A DNA stretch of 64,000 nt from Kofleriaceae bacterium (GTDB lineage Bacteria > Myxococcota_A > Polyangia > Haliangiales > Haliangiaceae). The translations under genes were made by a program, and so were the position numbers. Under the pieces are notes generated by a model that was not told the DNA's origin, searched no databases, and saw only the letters and a list, made by a program, of their open reading frames with translations. This document shows, piece after piece, positions 19,134 through 28,214 of this stretch; the stretch's first letter is position 1; each line of letters opens with the position of its first letter. The stretch spans positions 215,837 to 279,836 of the forward strand of contig JAWKQX010000006.1 of assembly GCA_041389925.1 (NCBI GenBank). The letters are read 5' to 3'.

Positions 19134-19976
19134 TCAGCGCTTGGCGAGCTTGATCCCCAGCCCGGCCGCGTCGGCGGGGTTCTGGATGGTGTGAGGCCAC
19201 AGCCACTTGCGCAGGTTTACCGTGGCGCGCAGGAACTCGGGATCCCAGGTCTCGACGATGGAGGGGTAGGCGTCGATGAGCAGCGAGCCGTTGATCTCCT
19301 GCGCCGCGAGCGCGCCGGCGGCGCGGGCGTCGGCGGCGGAGAGCTGGCTCGCCAGCTTGGGGCCAAGCAGGGTGACCGGGTAGAGCCGGCGAGCCTTGGT
19401 CCAGCGGTCAGAGGCAGAAACGCAATCGTGCTTGTTGCGTTCTACGTAGGTCGGGGCCTCGAGCTGGCAATTTCCAGAGTCCTCCACTTCGCAGTACGCT
19501 TGATTGAACGATGGCGCGGCGAGCAAGCCGCCCGATACCGGTTGGAGTGCACGCGCGAGCTGTTCGAGCACTTGCCTGCCGGCAGTCAGAACCGGAGACG
19601 TGCTACTGGCTCGTTGTTCACTCACGAAATAGAAGGTCCTCGGGGAGGACGGCCGCAACCGAGGATCAGGGGCGGAGCGGAGCTGCAACTTGGCGCTGAA
19701 CCACACGTCCTTGGGTGCGCCCGCCACCAGGTTCAGAACCTGGACCTCACCGTCCGCGATGGCCTCTTCTACGGCTTGCCACTTGAAGCCTCGCCAGCGA
19801 CCTTCTTGCCGCCCCTTGTACACGGACATCTTGATCTCAGCACCGGATGGGATCAACAGGCTCAGACTGGATCGCGCCACCGCCAGGGCTCGATCTGTGT
19901 GGGTCGCCGGGTCTGAGTCAAAGTATGCAAATGCCGCGAGAGCGCCTCTGAACTCGGTCACAGTTATTGCTCGCAC
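19134..19976 (-). CDS. putative immunity protein, paralog B (280 aa)
   Basis: See paralog A. Its start overlaps the stop of orphan toxin fragment 2. Confidence 0.7.
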   Translation of the reverse strand: MRAITVTEFRGALAAFAYFDSDPATHTDRALAVARSSLSLLIPSGAEIKMSVYKGRQEGRWRGFKWQAVEEAIADGEVQVLNLVAGAPKDVWFSAKLQLRSAPDPRLRPSSPRTFYFVSEQRASSTSPVLTAGRQVLEQLARALQPVSGGLLAAPSFNQAYCEVEDSGNCQLEAPTYVERNKHDCVSASDRWTKARRLYPVTLLGPKLASQLSAADARAAGALAAQEINGSLLIDAYPSIVETWDPEFLRATVNLRKWLWPHTIQNPADAAGLGIKLAKR

Positions 19977-20158
19977 CGGTATTGCTGCGCGCAGCGATCA
20001 TACAGCTCTCGCCTGCTTCGGAACACCAATTCGTCATCCTTCTTGTCCTTGGCGGGGTCCCTGCGGCAGTTTGCTTCGATGAGCACTTGCAGGGCATGTC
20101 CTCCCAGGTCCGAAGCGGCGTCTTCTCCTCGTCGCATGCGCTCTTGGTGGTAGTTCAC
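19964..20158 (-). pseudogene. orphan toxin C-terminal fragment 2 (last ~64 codons of the toxin C-terminal domain)
   Basis: NYHQERMRRGEDAASDLGGHALQVLIEANCRRDPAKDKKDDELVFRSRRELYDRCAQQYRCEQ aligns to the toxin terminus (VRNYHQERMRNGEDASSQLGGHALQSLIETNCRKDYSKDKKDDELYFNSRTESYDRCKQQYQCEQ). Confidence 0.7.
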
Positions 20159-20182
20159 GACGGCGGAGGTGTAGCTAGGGAG

Positions 20183-20389
20183 ATCGGGTACCGGCGCTGC
20201 GGCGCAAGGTCGTTGAAGAAACAGCTCGCGTCTCGACGCGACGCGAGCGTCGTTCAGGGACGCGCGCGACGTCGGCGCGAGACGCTCACTCCACCACGTC
20301 GGCTTCGATCTCGATCAGCATCGCAGGATCGATCAGCGCCTTGACCTCGACCATCGACGTGGCGGGGCGGTGCTCGCCGAAGAACGCGG
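20183..20389. repeat. 207-bp direct repeat, copy 1 (3' end of ridA plus downstream sequence), matching 23880-24087
   Basis: Near-identical run gagatcgggtaccggcgctgcggcgc...gtgctcgccgaagaacgc at both sites. Copy 1 encodes only a truncated RidA C-terminus (ORF 20286-20477). Confidence 0.85.
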
Positions 20390-20393
20390 TCAA

Positions 20394-20555
20394 GTCTCTT
20401 TCCTGGCCTTCAGCGAATGGCCGACCATCTTCCCCAACGCCGTGTGCACGACCGCGCTCATCGACCGCGTCGTCCACCGCGCCGAGATCATCGCCATCGA
20501 AAGTGAGAGCTACCGCAGGCGAGAGTCATCACGCCGCTCGAAGCCCAAGGCGTGA
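20394..20555 (+). mobile_element. IS21-family istB (helper ATPase) 3' fragment
   Basis: ...FPNAVCTTALIDRVVHRAEIIAIESESYRRRE is the characteristic IstB C-terminal sequence (LxDRLxHHAxxxxIxGESYRxxE). No upstream istB or istA is present, so this is a remnant. Confidence 0.7.
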
Positions 20556-20595
20556 ACCGGCCGGTTCAGATTTTCGCGGTTTCACGCGACCGCCA

Positions 20596-20722
20596 ACAGA
20601 GCTCAGCGCTTGGCGAGCTTGATCCCCAGCCCAACCGCGTCGGCGGGGTTCTGGATGGTGTGAGGCCACAGCCACTTGCGCAGGTTTACCGTGGCGCGCA
20701 GGAACTCGGGATCCCAGGTCTC
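20596..20722 (-). pseudogene. duplicated 3' end (~42 codons) of an immunity gene, orphan fragment
   Basis: Sequence cagcgcttggcgagcttgatccccagcc...gggatcccaggtctcgaa matches the 3' ends at 18022-18150 and 19138-19265. It lies between the istB fragment and immunity paralog C. Confidence 0.7.
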
Positions 20723-20738
20723 GAAGCTCCAGCCTCTC

Positions 20739-21578
20739 TCACCGCTTGGGCACCTTGACGCCGAGGCCGACCGCGTCGGCGGGGTTCTGGATGGTGTGGG
20801 GCCACAGCCACCGTCGCAGGTTTACGGTGGTGCGGAGGAACTCGGGATCCCAGGTCTCGACGATGGAAGGGTAGGCGTCGATCAGCAGCGAGCCGTTGAG
20901 CTCCTGGACCGCGAGGGCGCCGGCGGCGAGAGCGTCGGCGGCAGAGAGCTGGTTGGCGAGCTTGGGGCCGAGCAGGGTGATCGGGTAGAGCCGGCGGGCC
21001 TTGGTCCAGCGGTCGGAGGCATGCATTCGGTCAAACTGCAGGCGCTCCTTGAACTCCTTCGATTCGTGCTCGTAGCTGAATGGATAGTCGACTTCGCAGT
21101 CGGCCTGTACGAAACTCTCACCGCGAAAACATCCTCCGGACAGGATCTCTGCGCCTCTGGCGCAAACCTCGAATATCCGGTGAGCTGTGTCCGCGAGGCC
21201 AATGCTCGCACTCGCGCTGGACTCCAAGGAGAAGGAGAACTGGCGAGGCGCATCGGATCGGAGGCGTGGGTCGGGGTTGCAACGCAGCTCTAGCATGCCG
21301 TGGAATGAGACATCATCATCCTTCGATCCGATGCAAAGGTCGATGACCTCTACGAGCTCGTCGCCCACGGCCTCGTCGAACGCGCTCCACTTGAACTTGC
21401 GCCACTTGCTCTTCTTTCGAGGCGTCCTGTAGAGGCTCATCCTCATCAAGTCGACAGGAAGAGAGGTCTCGTCGAGGAGTGCTGACGCTGCCGCGTGCGC
21501 GACCTCCGCGTGTATTGCGGGGTTCTTCTCGAAGTACACGAAGACGCCGACGGTGGGCACGCTAGGGCGAGGGCTCAT
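20739..21578 (-). CDS. putative immunity protein, paralog C (279 aa), cognate to the intact toxin
   Basis: Its start overlaps the toxin stop (ATGA at 21575-21578). Paralogous to A and B. Confidence 0.7.
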   Translation of the reverse strand: MSPRPSVPTVGVFVYFEKNPAIHAEVAHAAASALLDETSLPVDLMRMSLYRTPRKKSKWRKFKWSAFDEAVGDELVEVIDLCIGSKDDDVSFHGMLELRCNPDPRLRSDAPRQFSFSLESSASASIGLADTAHRIFEVCARGAEILSGGCFRGESFVQADCEVDYPFSYEHESKEFKERLQFDRMHASDRWTKARRLYPITLLGPKLANQLSAADALAAGALAVQELNGSLLIDAYPSIVETWDPEFLRTTVNLRRWLWPHTIQNPADAVGLGVKVPKR

Positions 21579-23743
21579 TGTTCACACTGGTACTGTTGCT
21601 TGCACCGGTCATAGCTCTCTGTCCTGCTGTTGAAATATAGCTCATCGTCCTTCTTGTCTTTGCTGTAGTCCTTGCGGCAGTTGGTCTCGATGAGTGATTG
21701 GAGTGCATGGCCGCCTAGCTGAGAAGACGCATCCTCTCCGTTGCGCATCCGCTCCTGATGGTAGTTCCGAACGGCGGAGACATAGTCGCCGAGCTTGAGC
21801 CGACCTGCATATCCCGCAGGCTTGAACTCCAGCACCCAGCAGTCTTGCTTGCCCTTGACTAGCACGCAGTCCGGCCGGTCCTTGCTGAGCCCCGGATACC
21901 CTGAGACGTCGTACAGGTTGCAGCGGAACTCCTTGCCCTTGTCGTTGTGCGCCTGCACACCATAGGCCCTGGCGAACTGGATCGCCGGGTTGTCGTTGCC
22001 GCGCCAGTGGCCGTTCTTGGCCTTGAGCCTGAGCAGGCGCTCGCGTTGCTTCTCGATCTCGGCGAGCACGGCGTTGGCGCCGTCGCGGTACTTGGCCTTG
22101 GCGGCGAGCTTCTTGCCTGTTTCCACGAGCGCAGGGGCGCGCGCGAGGACGCCGTCGATCAGACGCGACTCGCGGTCGATGACCTCGGCGGTCTTCTGCT
22201 CGACGAGCGAGTCCTCGGGCTCCTCGTTGGGCTCGAACTCCACGCCGCACCAGGCGTCCCACAGCTGTTGCATGTCCTTGCAGTCGAGCACGTAGATGCC
22301 TCGGGCGTCGGCCTCCCAGGCGGCGCCCTCTTTCTGGTAGGTCGCGAGGTCGTTGGAGGCGACGCTGCCGAGGCTGCTCAGGAACGTGACGACCTCAGGG
22401 TGACCGACGCCCTTGGCGAGGGCGTCGCACGCGGCGTGGATGCGCTTGTCTTGCTCGTCTCGATAGTCGAGCAGGGCCTTGGCGGCGCGCTGGAGGTTGG
22501 CCTTGACCTGCCGCCAGCGATCGTCGCGCGGGTCGAAGGCGTTTGCCGTCGCGACCAGGCCCGCGTTGGTGGTGCGCTTCCCGTCGGCCCAGGCCAGCGA
22601 CTTGCGATAGTGGTCACCGTGCTTGGCCGCTAGCTCCGGGATGGTCACCAGCGCGTCCGGATCGCGCGCGGCCAGCGCCTGCTTCATTTGCTCGCGCAGC
22701 GCAGCTTCGTCGTTCCTGCACTTGCCCTCCGCTTCGTCCAGCTCGTGCTGCGTGTGCTTGAGCGCGCGCAGCGCCTGCGACGCCGGCTCGAACGCGCGGA
22801 TGTAGTCGGGCCAGGTCTCGGCGATCTGCTTGGCCTTCTTGTCCGCGCCCTTGACCGCCTCCACCTGGCGCACGAGGTAGTCCACCTCGGTCATCACGGT
22901 GCGGGCCTCGTCGATCTTGGCCGCCGAGCTGTCGCCGACGGAGTCGTTGATCAAGCTCTCGATGCGGCGGAACTTCTCGTCCAGCTTGACGTAGAGCTGG
23001 TCCTTGCCTTGCGCCGTGCTGGCTAGCTCGCGCAGCACGCGCTCGATCACCGGGTGCTGGTCGCGGCGGCGCAGGTCGCGGCACGCCGTCTCCGCCTGCG
23101 CGTAGTCGGCTTGCCAGGCGGCGAGCATGCCGGTGGCGGCGTATTGCACCCGACTGGAGACGTTGGACCACGCGTCCGAGGCCGAGAACTGCTGCGCGTA
23201 GCTGGCCCAGCTCTGCAGCTCGGCCTTCTTGCGATCCGCGGTGCTCCACCACTCTTCCGCCTTGCTGCCCACGTCGAGCGCGAGGCGGCGGAGCTCCTCG
23301 ATGCGCGCGCCGTCCTTGTCGCGCTCAAACGCGGTCGCTTGCTCCACCAGTGGCCGCTCCAGATCCTGGCAGCGCCGCGGGAGCTCGCTGACGCTGCGCT
23401 GGTCTGCCTTGAGCTGCACCAGGTACTGCGCAGCTCGATCGAAGTCGTCGCAGATGCGTGGGTAATACGAGACGTAGTTGTTCGCGGTCGAGTCGCCGCC
23501 CTTGACCCGCTCCAACGACGAGAGCCGCGCGCGCACCTCTCTCACCCGGCCGCGCGCGCTCTCGATATCGCTCGCGCTCGAGTCGTTGGCCACGCCGTCC
23601 AGATCGCTCGCGGCGTCGTTGAGCAGCCGCTGGATCTCGCTCACCAGCGCCTGTCGATCGGAGTCATCGTCCGCGTGTCCGCTGCGCATCGCGATCATCG
23701 CTGCGATGCCCGCTCCAACTGCGACCCAAGTCCTGCGCTTCAT
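21575..23743 (-). CDS. Sec-secreted polymorphic-toxin-like protein (722 aa): signal peptide, long alpha-helical region, C-terminal ~160-aa Cys-containing toxin domain that recurs as orphan fragments
   Basis: N-terminal MKRRTWVAVGAGIAAMIAMRSGHA signal. Two degraded C-terminal copies sit downstream, each followed by an immunity paralog. The gene is tightly coupled to paralog C. Confidence 0.7.
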   Translation of the reverse strand: MKRRTWVAVGAGIAAMIAMRSGHADDDSDRQALVSEIQRLLNDAASDLDGVANDSSASDIESARGRVREVRARLSSLERVKGGDSTANNYVSYYPRICDDFDRAAQYLVQLKADQRSVSELPRRCQDLERPLVEQATAFERDKDGARIEELRRLALDVGSKAEEWWSTADRKKAELQSWASYAQQFSASDAWSNVSSRVQYAATGMLAAWQADYAQAETACRDLRRRDQHPVIERVLRELASTAQGKDQLYVKLDEKFRRIESLINDSVGDSSAAKIDEARTVMTEVDYLVRQVEAVKGADKKAKQIAETWPDYIRAFEPASQALRALKHTQHELDEAEGKCRNDEAALREQMKQALAARDPDALVTIPELAAKHGDHYRKSLAWADGKRTTNAGLVATANAFDPRDDRWRQVKANLQRAAKALLDYRDEQDKRIHAACDALAKGVGHPEVVTFLSSLGSVASNDLATYQKEGAAWEADARGIYVLDCKDMQQLWDAWCGVEFEPNEEPEDSLVEQKTAEVIDRESRLIDGVLARAPALVETGKKLAAKAKYRDGANAVLAEIEKQRERLLRLKAKNGHWRGNDNPAIQFARAYGVQAHNDKGKEFRCNLYDVSGYPGLSKDRPDCVLVKGKQDCWVLEFKPAGYAGRLKLGDYVSAVRNYHQERMRNGEDASSQLGGHALQSLIETNCRKDYSKDKKDDELYFNSRTESYDRCKQQYQCEQ

Positions 23744-23879
23744 GTTGCGCCTCCCACCCCATGCGAAGGGTCTCCGCGCACCCTACACGATCGCGCTGCA
23801 GATCGAGGTCCGAACTTGCGCGCATCGCGAAGCCGCGCACGGCGGAGATCGCGCGTGTGGCTGCGTCACCGGTGAGATC

Positions 23880-24087
23880 GGGTACCGGCGCTGCGGCGCC
23901 AGGTCGTCGAGGAAACAGCTCGCGTCTCGACGCGACGCGAGCGTCGTTCAGGGACGCGCGCGACGTCGGCGCGAGACGCTCACTCCACCGCGTCGGCTTC
24001 GATCTCGATCAGCATCGCGGGATCGATCAGCGCCTTGACCTCGACCATCGACGTGGCGGGGCGGTGCTCGCCGAAGAACGCCGCGTG
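23880..24087. repeat. 207-bp direct repeat, copy 2 (inside the intact ridA 3' end and its downstream region)
   Basis: See copy 1. The two copies bracket toxin-immC on one side and the orphan cassettes on the other. Confidence 0.85.
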
Positions 24088-24396
24088 AGCGCGGCCGAAG
24101 TCGCGCCAGCGGGAGATGTCGGTGACGAACATGCGGGTGCGGGCGATGCGGGTGCGGTCGAGTCCGAAGTTCGCCAGCGCGCGCTCGATGAGCTCGAGGC
24201 AGCGGCGGGCCTGGGCCTCGGCGTCGCCGGGCGCGAAGACGCCGTCGCCGCGCTCGTCGACGGGCGCGGTGCCGGTGACGAAGACGTGGGAGCCGGCCTT
24301 GACGGCGCGGCAGTAGCCTACGATCTGCTCCCAGACCGCGGCGGAGGACACGCGCTCAAAGGGGGTTCGGTTCGCGCTTGGCACGTTTTTGCTCCC
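23980..24396 (-). CDS. ridA: RidA/YjgF/L-PSP family reactive-intermediate deaminase
   Basis: [15 protein letters not shown]...[43 protein letters not shown]...[26 protein letters not shown] is the Rid fold signature. Probable GTG start near 24396; it overlaps the DUF2132 gene in a different frame. Confidence 0.7.
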   Translation of the reverse strand, partial: GSKNVPSANRTPFERVSSAAVWEQIVGYCRAVKAGSHVFVTGTAPVDERGDGVFAPGDAEAQARRCLELIERALANFGLDRTRIARTRMFVTDISRWRDFGRAHAAFFGEHRPATSMVEVKALIDPAMLIEIEADAVE

Positions 24397-24619
24397 GCAG
24401 CATGAAGAGGTAGAGGCTCTCGACCTTGGCGCGCGCCCACGGGGTCTTGCGCAAGAACTTGAGGCTGGAGGGGATGCTCGGATCGCTGTGGAAGCACTGG
24501 ATGCGCACCTCCTGTCCGAGGCGCGGCCAGCCGAAGTGGGCGACCAGCTCGGTGAGGATGCGCTCCAGGGTGATGCCATGGAGCGGGTTCTTCGGCTGGG
24601 GCTTGGGAGGCTCGGTCAT
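24356..24619 (-). CDS. DUF2132 (VF530-like) family small protein
   Basis: [72 protein letters not shown] matches the conserved DUF2132 pattern. Confidence 0.65.
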   Translation of the reverse strand: MTEPPKPQPKNPLHGITLERILTELVAHFGWPRLGQEVRIQCFHSDPSIPSSLKFLRKTPWARAKVESLYLFMLREQKRAKREPNPL

Positions 24620-24730
24620 GGCTCGGTCATGGCTCGGTCATGGCTCGGTCATGGCTCTGGCTGGCGTCCGCGCTCGCGGTTCAGCGACGAACTCGACGAC
24701 GATGACGACGACGTACCTGCGGGCGCGCGC

Positions 24731-26551
24731 TCAAGGCGCGCTGCCCTCGAGCTCGGGGCTCGCGGTCTCGACGCGGAACACCGGGAGCAGGTTCATGCGC
24801 TCGTCCCAGGACGGGTGGCGCCGGTAGAAGAACTGCAGGCGCTCGCGCGGGGACATCTCCGGGTCGTCGGCGAGGGCTTGCTGGTACGCGGCGGCGACGT
24901 GCGGGTCGCGGAGCATCTCACGCGCGACCTGCTCGGCGACGTACGCCTCCATGTACTCCTTCTGCTCGAAGACGGCGTTGAAGAAGCCCCACGCTGCCAG
25001 GGAATCGGGCGCGCTGGGCTCGAACAGGTTGAGCACCAGGCGGGCGCGCGGCTGCGCGATGGGGATGAAGATCGCGCCGGTCTCGAGCGCGCGCGTCTCG
25101 TCCGTCCACGCGCCGGTCAGGCGCGCGCGGGTGCGGCCCTCGAACGGCGGATCGAACGCGGCGTCGCTGGCGCGGAAGACCTGCACCGCGGCGCGCGGCG
25201 TCCCGGCGATGACGTGGTAGCGGATGCCGTGCGCGTCGAGCCGCTCGCGCGCGATCGGCGCGAACCCGCCATCGACGACGTAGCCGCGCATGGGCGCCTT
25301 GACGGTCAGCGTGGGCGCGAGCTCGGCGTAGAGCGGCACGTTCCAGATCTGCGGCTGGGTCTCGTCGTAGCGGATCCACGGCGCGCCGGAGATCTCCGAC
25401 GTGAACGTCTCATATTGGTAGCCGCGAAAGGCCAGCGGCTCGGCCTTGCCCGTGGGCCCCCACAAGAGCGGAACCTCGGCGCCGGCGAGCTGGGCGAGCT
25501 CGGCGTCGGCGCGGTCGGCGGCGGCGCGCCAGCTCGCCGCCTCGGTGACCGAGAGCTCCAGCAGGACCTGCAGCGTGTGGTACATCGACTGCGCGCGCTC
25601 CTTGTAGGTCCGCCAGCTGTGCGTCTCGACGAGGATGCCGAGGCGGCCGCGATCGGCGGCGTACGGGGTGGAGAAGCGCGGCGGGGCGTCGCCGCGCGCG
25701 AAGCCGGAGAGAGGCTCGTCGTTCTCGACGAACGATGGGTAGAACGGCAGCGGTAGGTGGCCCAGCGCGGTGAGGCGGGCCTGCAGCGTATTGGAGAGCG
25801 CGGCGGCCGCCTCGTCGAGCGCGTCCGGGCGTGGCACCTGCGGTGACACCATGACCGCGACGTCGTGCTCGAACTGGGCGCCGTCCGTGGTGTGCAGATC
25901 GAGGAAGATGACCGGATCCCAGCGGGTGAGCGCGCCGAGCACCGCGCGGATCTCGGCGCTGTCGGCCTTGAGGAAGTCGCGGTTGAGGTTCTGGTTCTGG
26001 CTGTTGGTGCGAAAGCCCATCTCCGCGGGCCCGCGCTGGTTAGGGCGGTTGTTGGCGGCGCGGCGCTCGTGGCCGTCGGGGTTGAGCACCGGGATGAACA
26101 CCACGGTCACGGCGGTGGCGCCGCCGGGCGCGAGCTTGCCCTCGAGGAGATCGCGCAAGAACGCGAAGCCGGCGTCCTTGCCCTCGATCTCGCCGGCGTG
26201 GATGCCCGCCTGCACGAGGAGCACCGGTCGCCGCGCGCGCTTGGCCTCCGACGGAGAGAGCACGCCGTCGCCCGAGACGATCATCGACAGGATCGGGCGG
26301 CCCTGCGCGGTGCGGCCGAGCTCCTCGCAGCGCGCCTTCCCCGGGAACGCGCGCGGGAAGGCGTGGCAGAGGGTCACCGCCTCGTCGTAGTGGCCGGTCT
26401 GGAGGTACTCGGTGGACTCCGCGGTGGTGCGCAGCGCGGTCGGCGAGATCGCGGCGGCGCCGCAGCCGACGAGGAGCGCGGTCGCGAGCGCGGAGGCGAG
26501 GGAGGGCGTCGCGGAGCGTCCGCGCGCGACGCAGGAGGTCAGGTCGAACAT
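24731..26551 (-). CDS. M14-family zinc carboxypeptidase (secreted/lipoprotein)
   Basis: LLVQAGIHAGEIEG (HxxE zinc ligand), ...NPDGHE..., NRDF, and an N-terminal signal with LLVGC lipobox. Start chosen at MFDL (26551). Confidence 0.75.
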   Translation of the reverse strand: MFDLTSCVARGRSATPSLASALATALLVGCGAAAISPTALRTTAESTEYLQTGHYDEAVTLCHAFPRAFPGKARCEELGRTAQGRPILSMIVSGDGVLSPSEAKRARRPVLLVQAGIHAGEIEGKDAGFAFLRDLLEGKLAPGGATAVTVVFIPVLNPDGHERRAANNRPNQRGPAEMGFRTNSQNQNLNRDFLKADSAEIRAVLGALTRWDPVIFLDLHTTDGAQFEHDVAVMVSPQVPRPDALDEAAAALSNTLQARLTALGHLPLPFYPSFVENDEPLSGFARGDAPPRFSTPYAADRGRLGILVETHSWRTYKERAQSMYHTLQVLLELSVTEAASWRAAADRADAELAQLAGAEVPLLWGPTGKAEPLAFRGYQYETFTSEISGAPWIRYDETQPQIWNVPLYAELAPTLTVKAPMRGYVVDGGFAPIARERLDAHGIRYHVIAGTPRAAVQVFRASDAAFDPPFEGRTRARLTGAWTDETRALETGAIFIPIAQPRARLVLNLFEPSAPDSLAAWGFFNAVFEQKEYMEAYVAEQVAREMLRDPHVAAAYQQALADDPEMSPRERLQFFYRRHPSWDERMNLLPVFRVETASPELEGSAP

Positions 26552-26764
26552 GCGGTCACCAAACCAGGTTTTCCGGTGGCCGGCAACTCCTCGACGGCCG
26601 AGCCGGCGCACTGGAAGACGCTGCGCCGCGGGCCCGCGGAGGCCTGCGAAGGGCCCGCGAAGGGCCCGCGAAGGTGCGAAGGGAATGTTTCGTCGCCGTC
26701 ATGGCGTACGCTAGGACGTGCGGCGCACGGCGGCTGGACGCAGAGGCGATGGATGACTCGATCG

Positions 26765-28168
26765 ATGATGACGAAGCGGCGGTTGCAGCGGTCGCTGCCC
26801 TGGATGGGCTGCCTCGGCGTGGGTGCGATCGCCGCGGCTTTGGGTGCGTGCGCCTCGCCCTCGGCCGCGCCCAACCAAGGGCGCGCGGCGCCGCCGGCCG
26901 GTGGACCGCCGTCCACCTCCGCGCCCGCCGGCGCCGTCGCTGGAGGCCCCCCCACCGCGCCCGCCTCCGACGAGCCTGAGCCCGACAGCGGGGCGTCCTG
27001 CCCGCCGTGCCCCAGCGCCGACGTGGATCCCGAGGGGCGCTCGCAGAGCCCGAGCGTGCGCGACAAGCTCACGCTGACCCGCGTCACCTTCGCCGAGCTG
27101 CCCGGCTGGGACGACGATCACCACGCCGAGGCGCTGCCCGCGGTGCTGGCCTCGTGCGACAAGCTCGATCAGCTCAAGGACCGCGCGCCGCTGGGCGTGG
27201 ACGGCAACGGCGGCCAGGCGCGGCACTGGCGCGCGCTGTGCCGCGGGGCGCGCAAGGTCAAGCCGGGCGACGACGCCGCGGCCAAGGCGCTGCTGGAGCG
27301 CGAGCTCCGCCCGTACGCGGCGAGCGGGCGCGCCGGGCGCGACGGCAAGATGACCGGGTACTACGTGCAGGCGCTGCGCGGCTCGCGCACCCGGCACGGT
27401 CGCTACCAGGTGCCGATCTACGGCCGCCCCTCGGACCTGGTCGTCGTCGATCTCGCGCCGTTTCTGCCCGACGCGCGGGGGCGCCGCATCTGGGGCCGCC
27501 TCGACGCCAAGAAGGGCTCGATCGTCCGCTACCCGACGCGCGCCGAGATCCGCCGCGGGGCGCTGCGCGGGCAGGGGCTGGAGATCCTGTGGGTCGACGA
27601 CGCCGTCGACGCGCTGTTCGCGCAGATCCAGGGCTCCGGCAAGGTCGCGCTCGACGACGGCACCGAGCAGTGGATCGAGTTCGCCGGCAAGAACGGCCGC
27701 GCCTATCGCGGCGTGGGGCGCATCCTGCGCGATCTCGGCGAGCCGCCCGGCACCGGCACGATGCAGGGGATCCGCCGGTACTTCGCCGCGCACCCCGACA
27801 AGTTCAACGAGATCGCCGATCAGAACGAGTCGTTCGTGTTCTTCGGGCTGTCCAAGCGTCCGGGCGCGGTCGGCTCGCAGGGCGTGATCCTCACGCCGCG
27901 GCGCTCCATGGCGGTCGACCGCGCGTTCGTCGCCGCGTCGACGCCGATCTGGGTGGAGACGCGCGCGCCCGATCGCGCGGGCAAGGTGCGGCCGTGGCGC
28001 CAGCTCCTGGTCGCGCAGGACACCGGCGAGGGCATCCGCGGCGCGGTGCGCGGCGACATCTACTGGGGTCACGACGAGGAGGCCACCGAGATCGCCGGGC
28101 ACATGGGCGGCAAGGGGCGCTATTGGCTGCTCTTGCCCAAGCGCTTGAAGGTGCGCACGGGGAAGTAA
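26765..28168 (+). CDS. mltA: membrane-bound lytic murein transglycosylase A (MltA; 3D domain) lipoprotein
   Basis: MMTKRRLQRSLPWMGCLGVGAIAAALGAC lipoprotein signal, MltA domain (FAELPGWDDD...YYVQALRGS...) and C-terminal 3D domain (VAQDTGEGIRGAVRGDIYWG). The annotated 25865 start is a shadow extension. ATG 26753 is an alternative start. Confidence 0.8.
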   Translation: MMTKRRLQRSLPWMGCLGVGAIAAALGACASPSAAPNQGRAAPPAGGPPSTSAPAGAVAGGPPTAPASDEPEPDSGASCPPCPSADVDPEGRSQSPSVRDKLTLTRVTFAELPGWDDDHHAEALPAVLASCDKLDQLKDRAPLGVDGNGGQARHWRALCRGARKVKPGDDAAAKALLERELRPYAASGRAGRDGKMTGYYVQALRGSRTRHGRYQVPIYGRPSDLVVVDLAPFLPDARGRRIWGRLDAKKGSIVRYPTRAEIRRGALRGQGLEILWVDDAVDALFAQIQGSGKVALDDGTEQWIEFAGKNGRAYRGVGRILRDLGEPPGTGTMQGIRRYFAAHPDKFNEIADQNESFVFFGLSKRPGAVGSQGVILTPRRSMAVDRAFVAASTPIWVETRAPDRAGKVRPWRQLLVAQDTGEGIRGAVRGDIYWGHDEEATEIAGHMGGKGRYWLLLPKRLKVRTGK

Positions 28169-28214
28169 CTGTTCTCGCTGGCGTCCTGGGAGCCTTGGCG
28201 GTATTTTCCCGACC

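Noticed and set aside
25865-26752. 5' 300 codons of ORF 25865-28168
   Set aside because: Antisense shadow over the M14 carboxypeptidase gene. MltA homology and the lipoprotein signal begin at 26753/26765.
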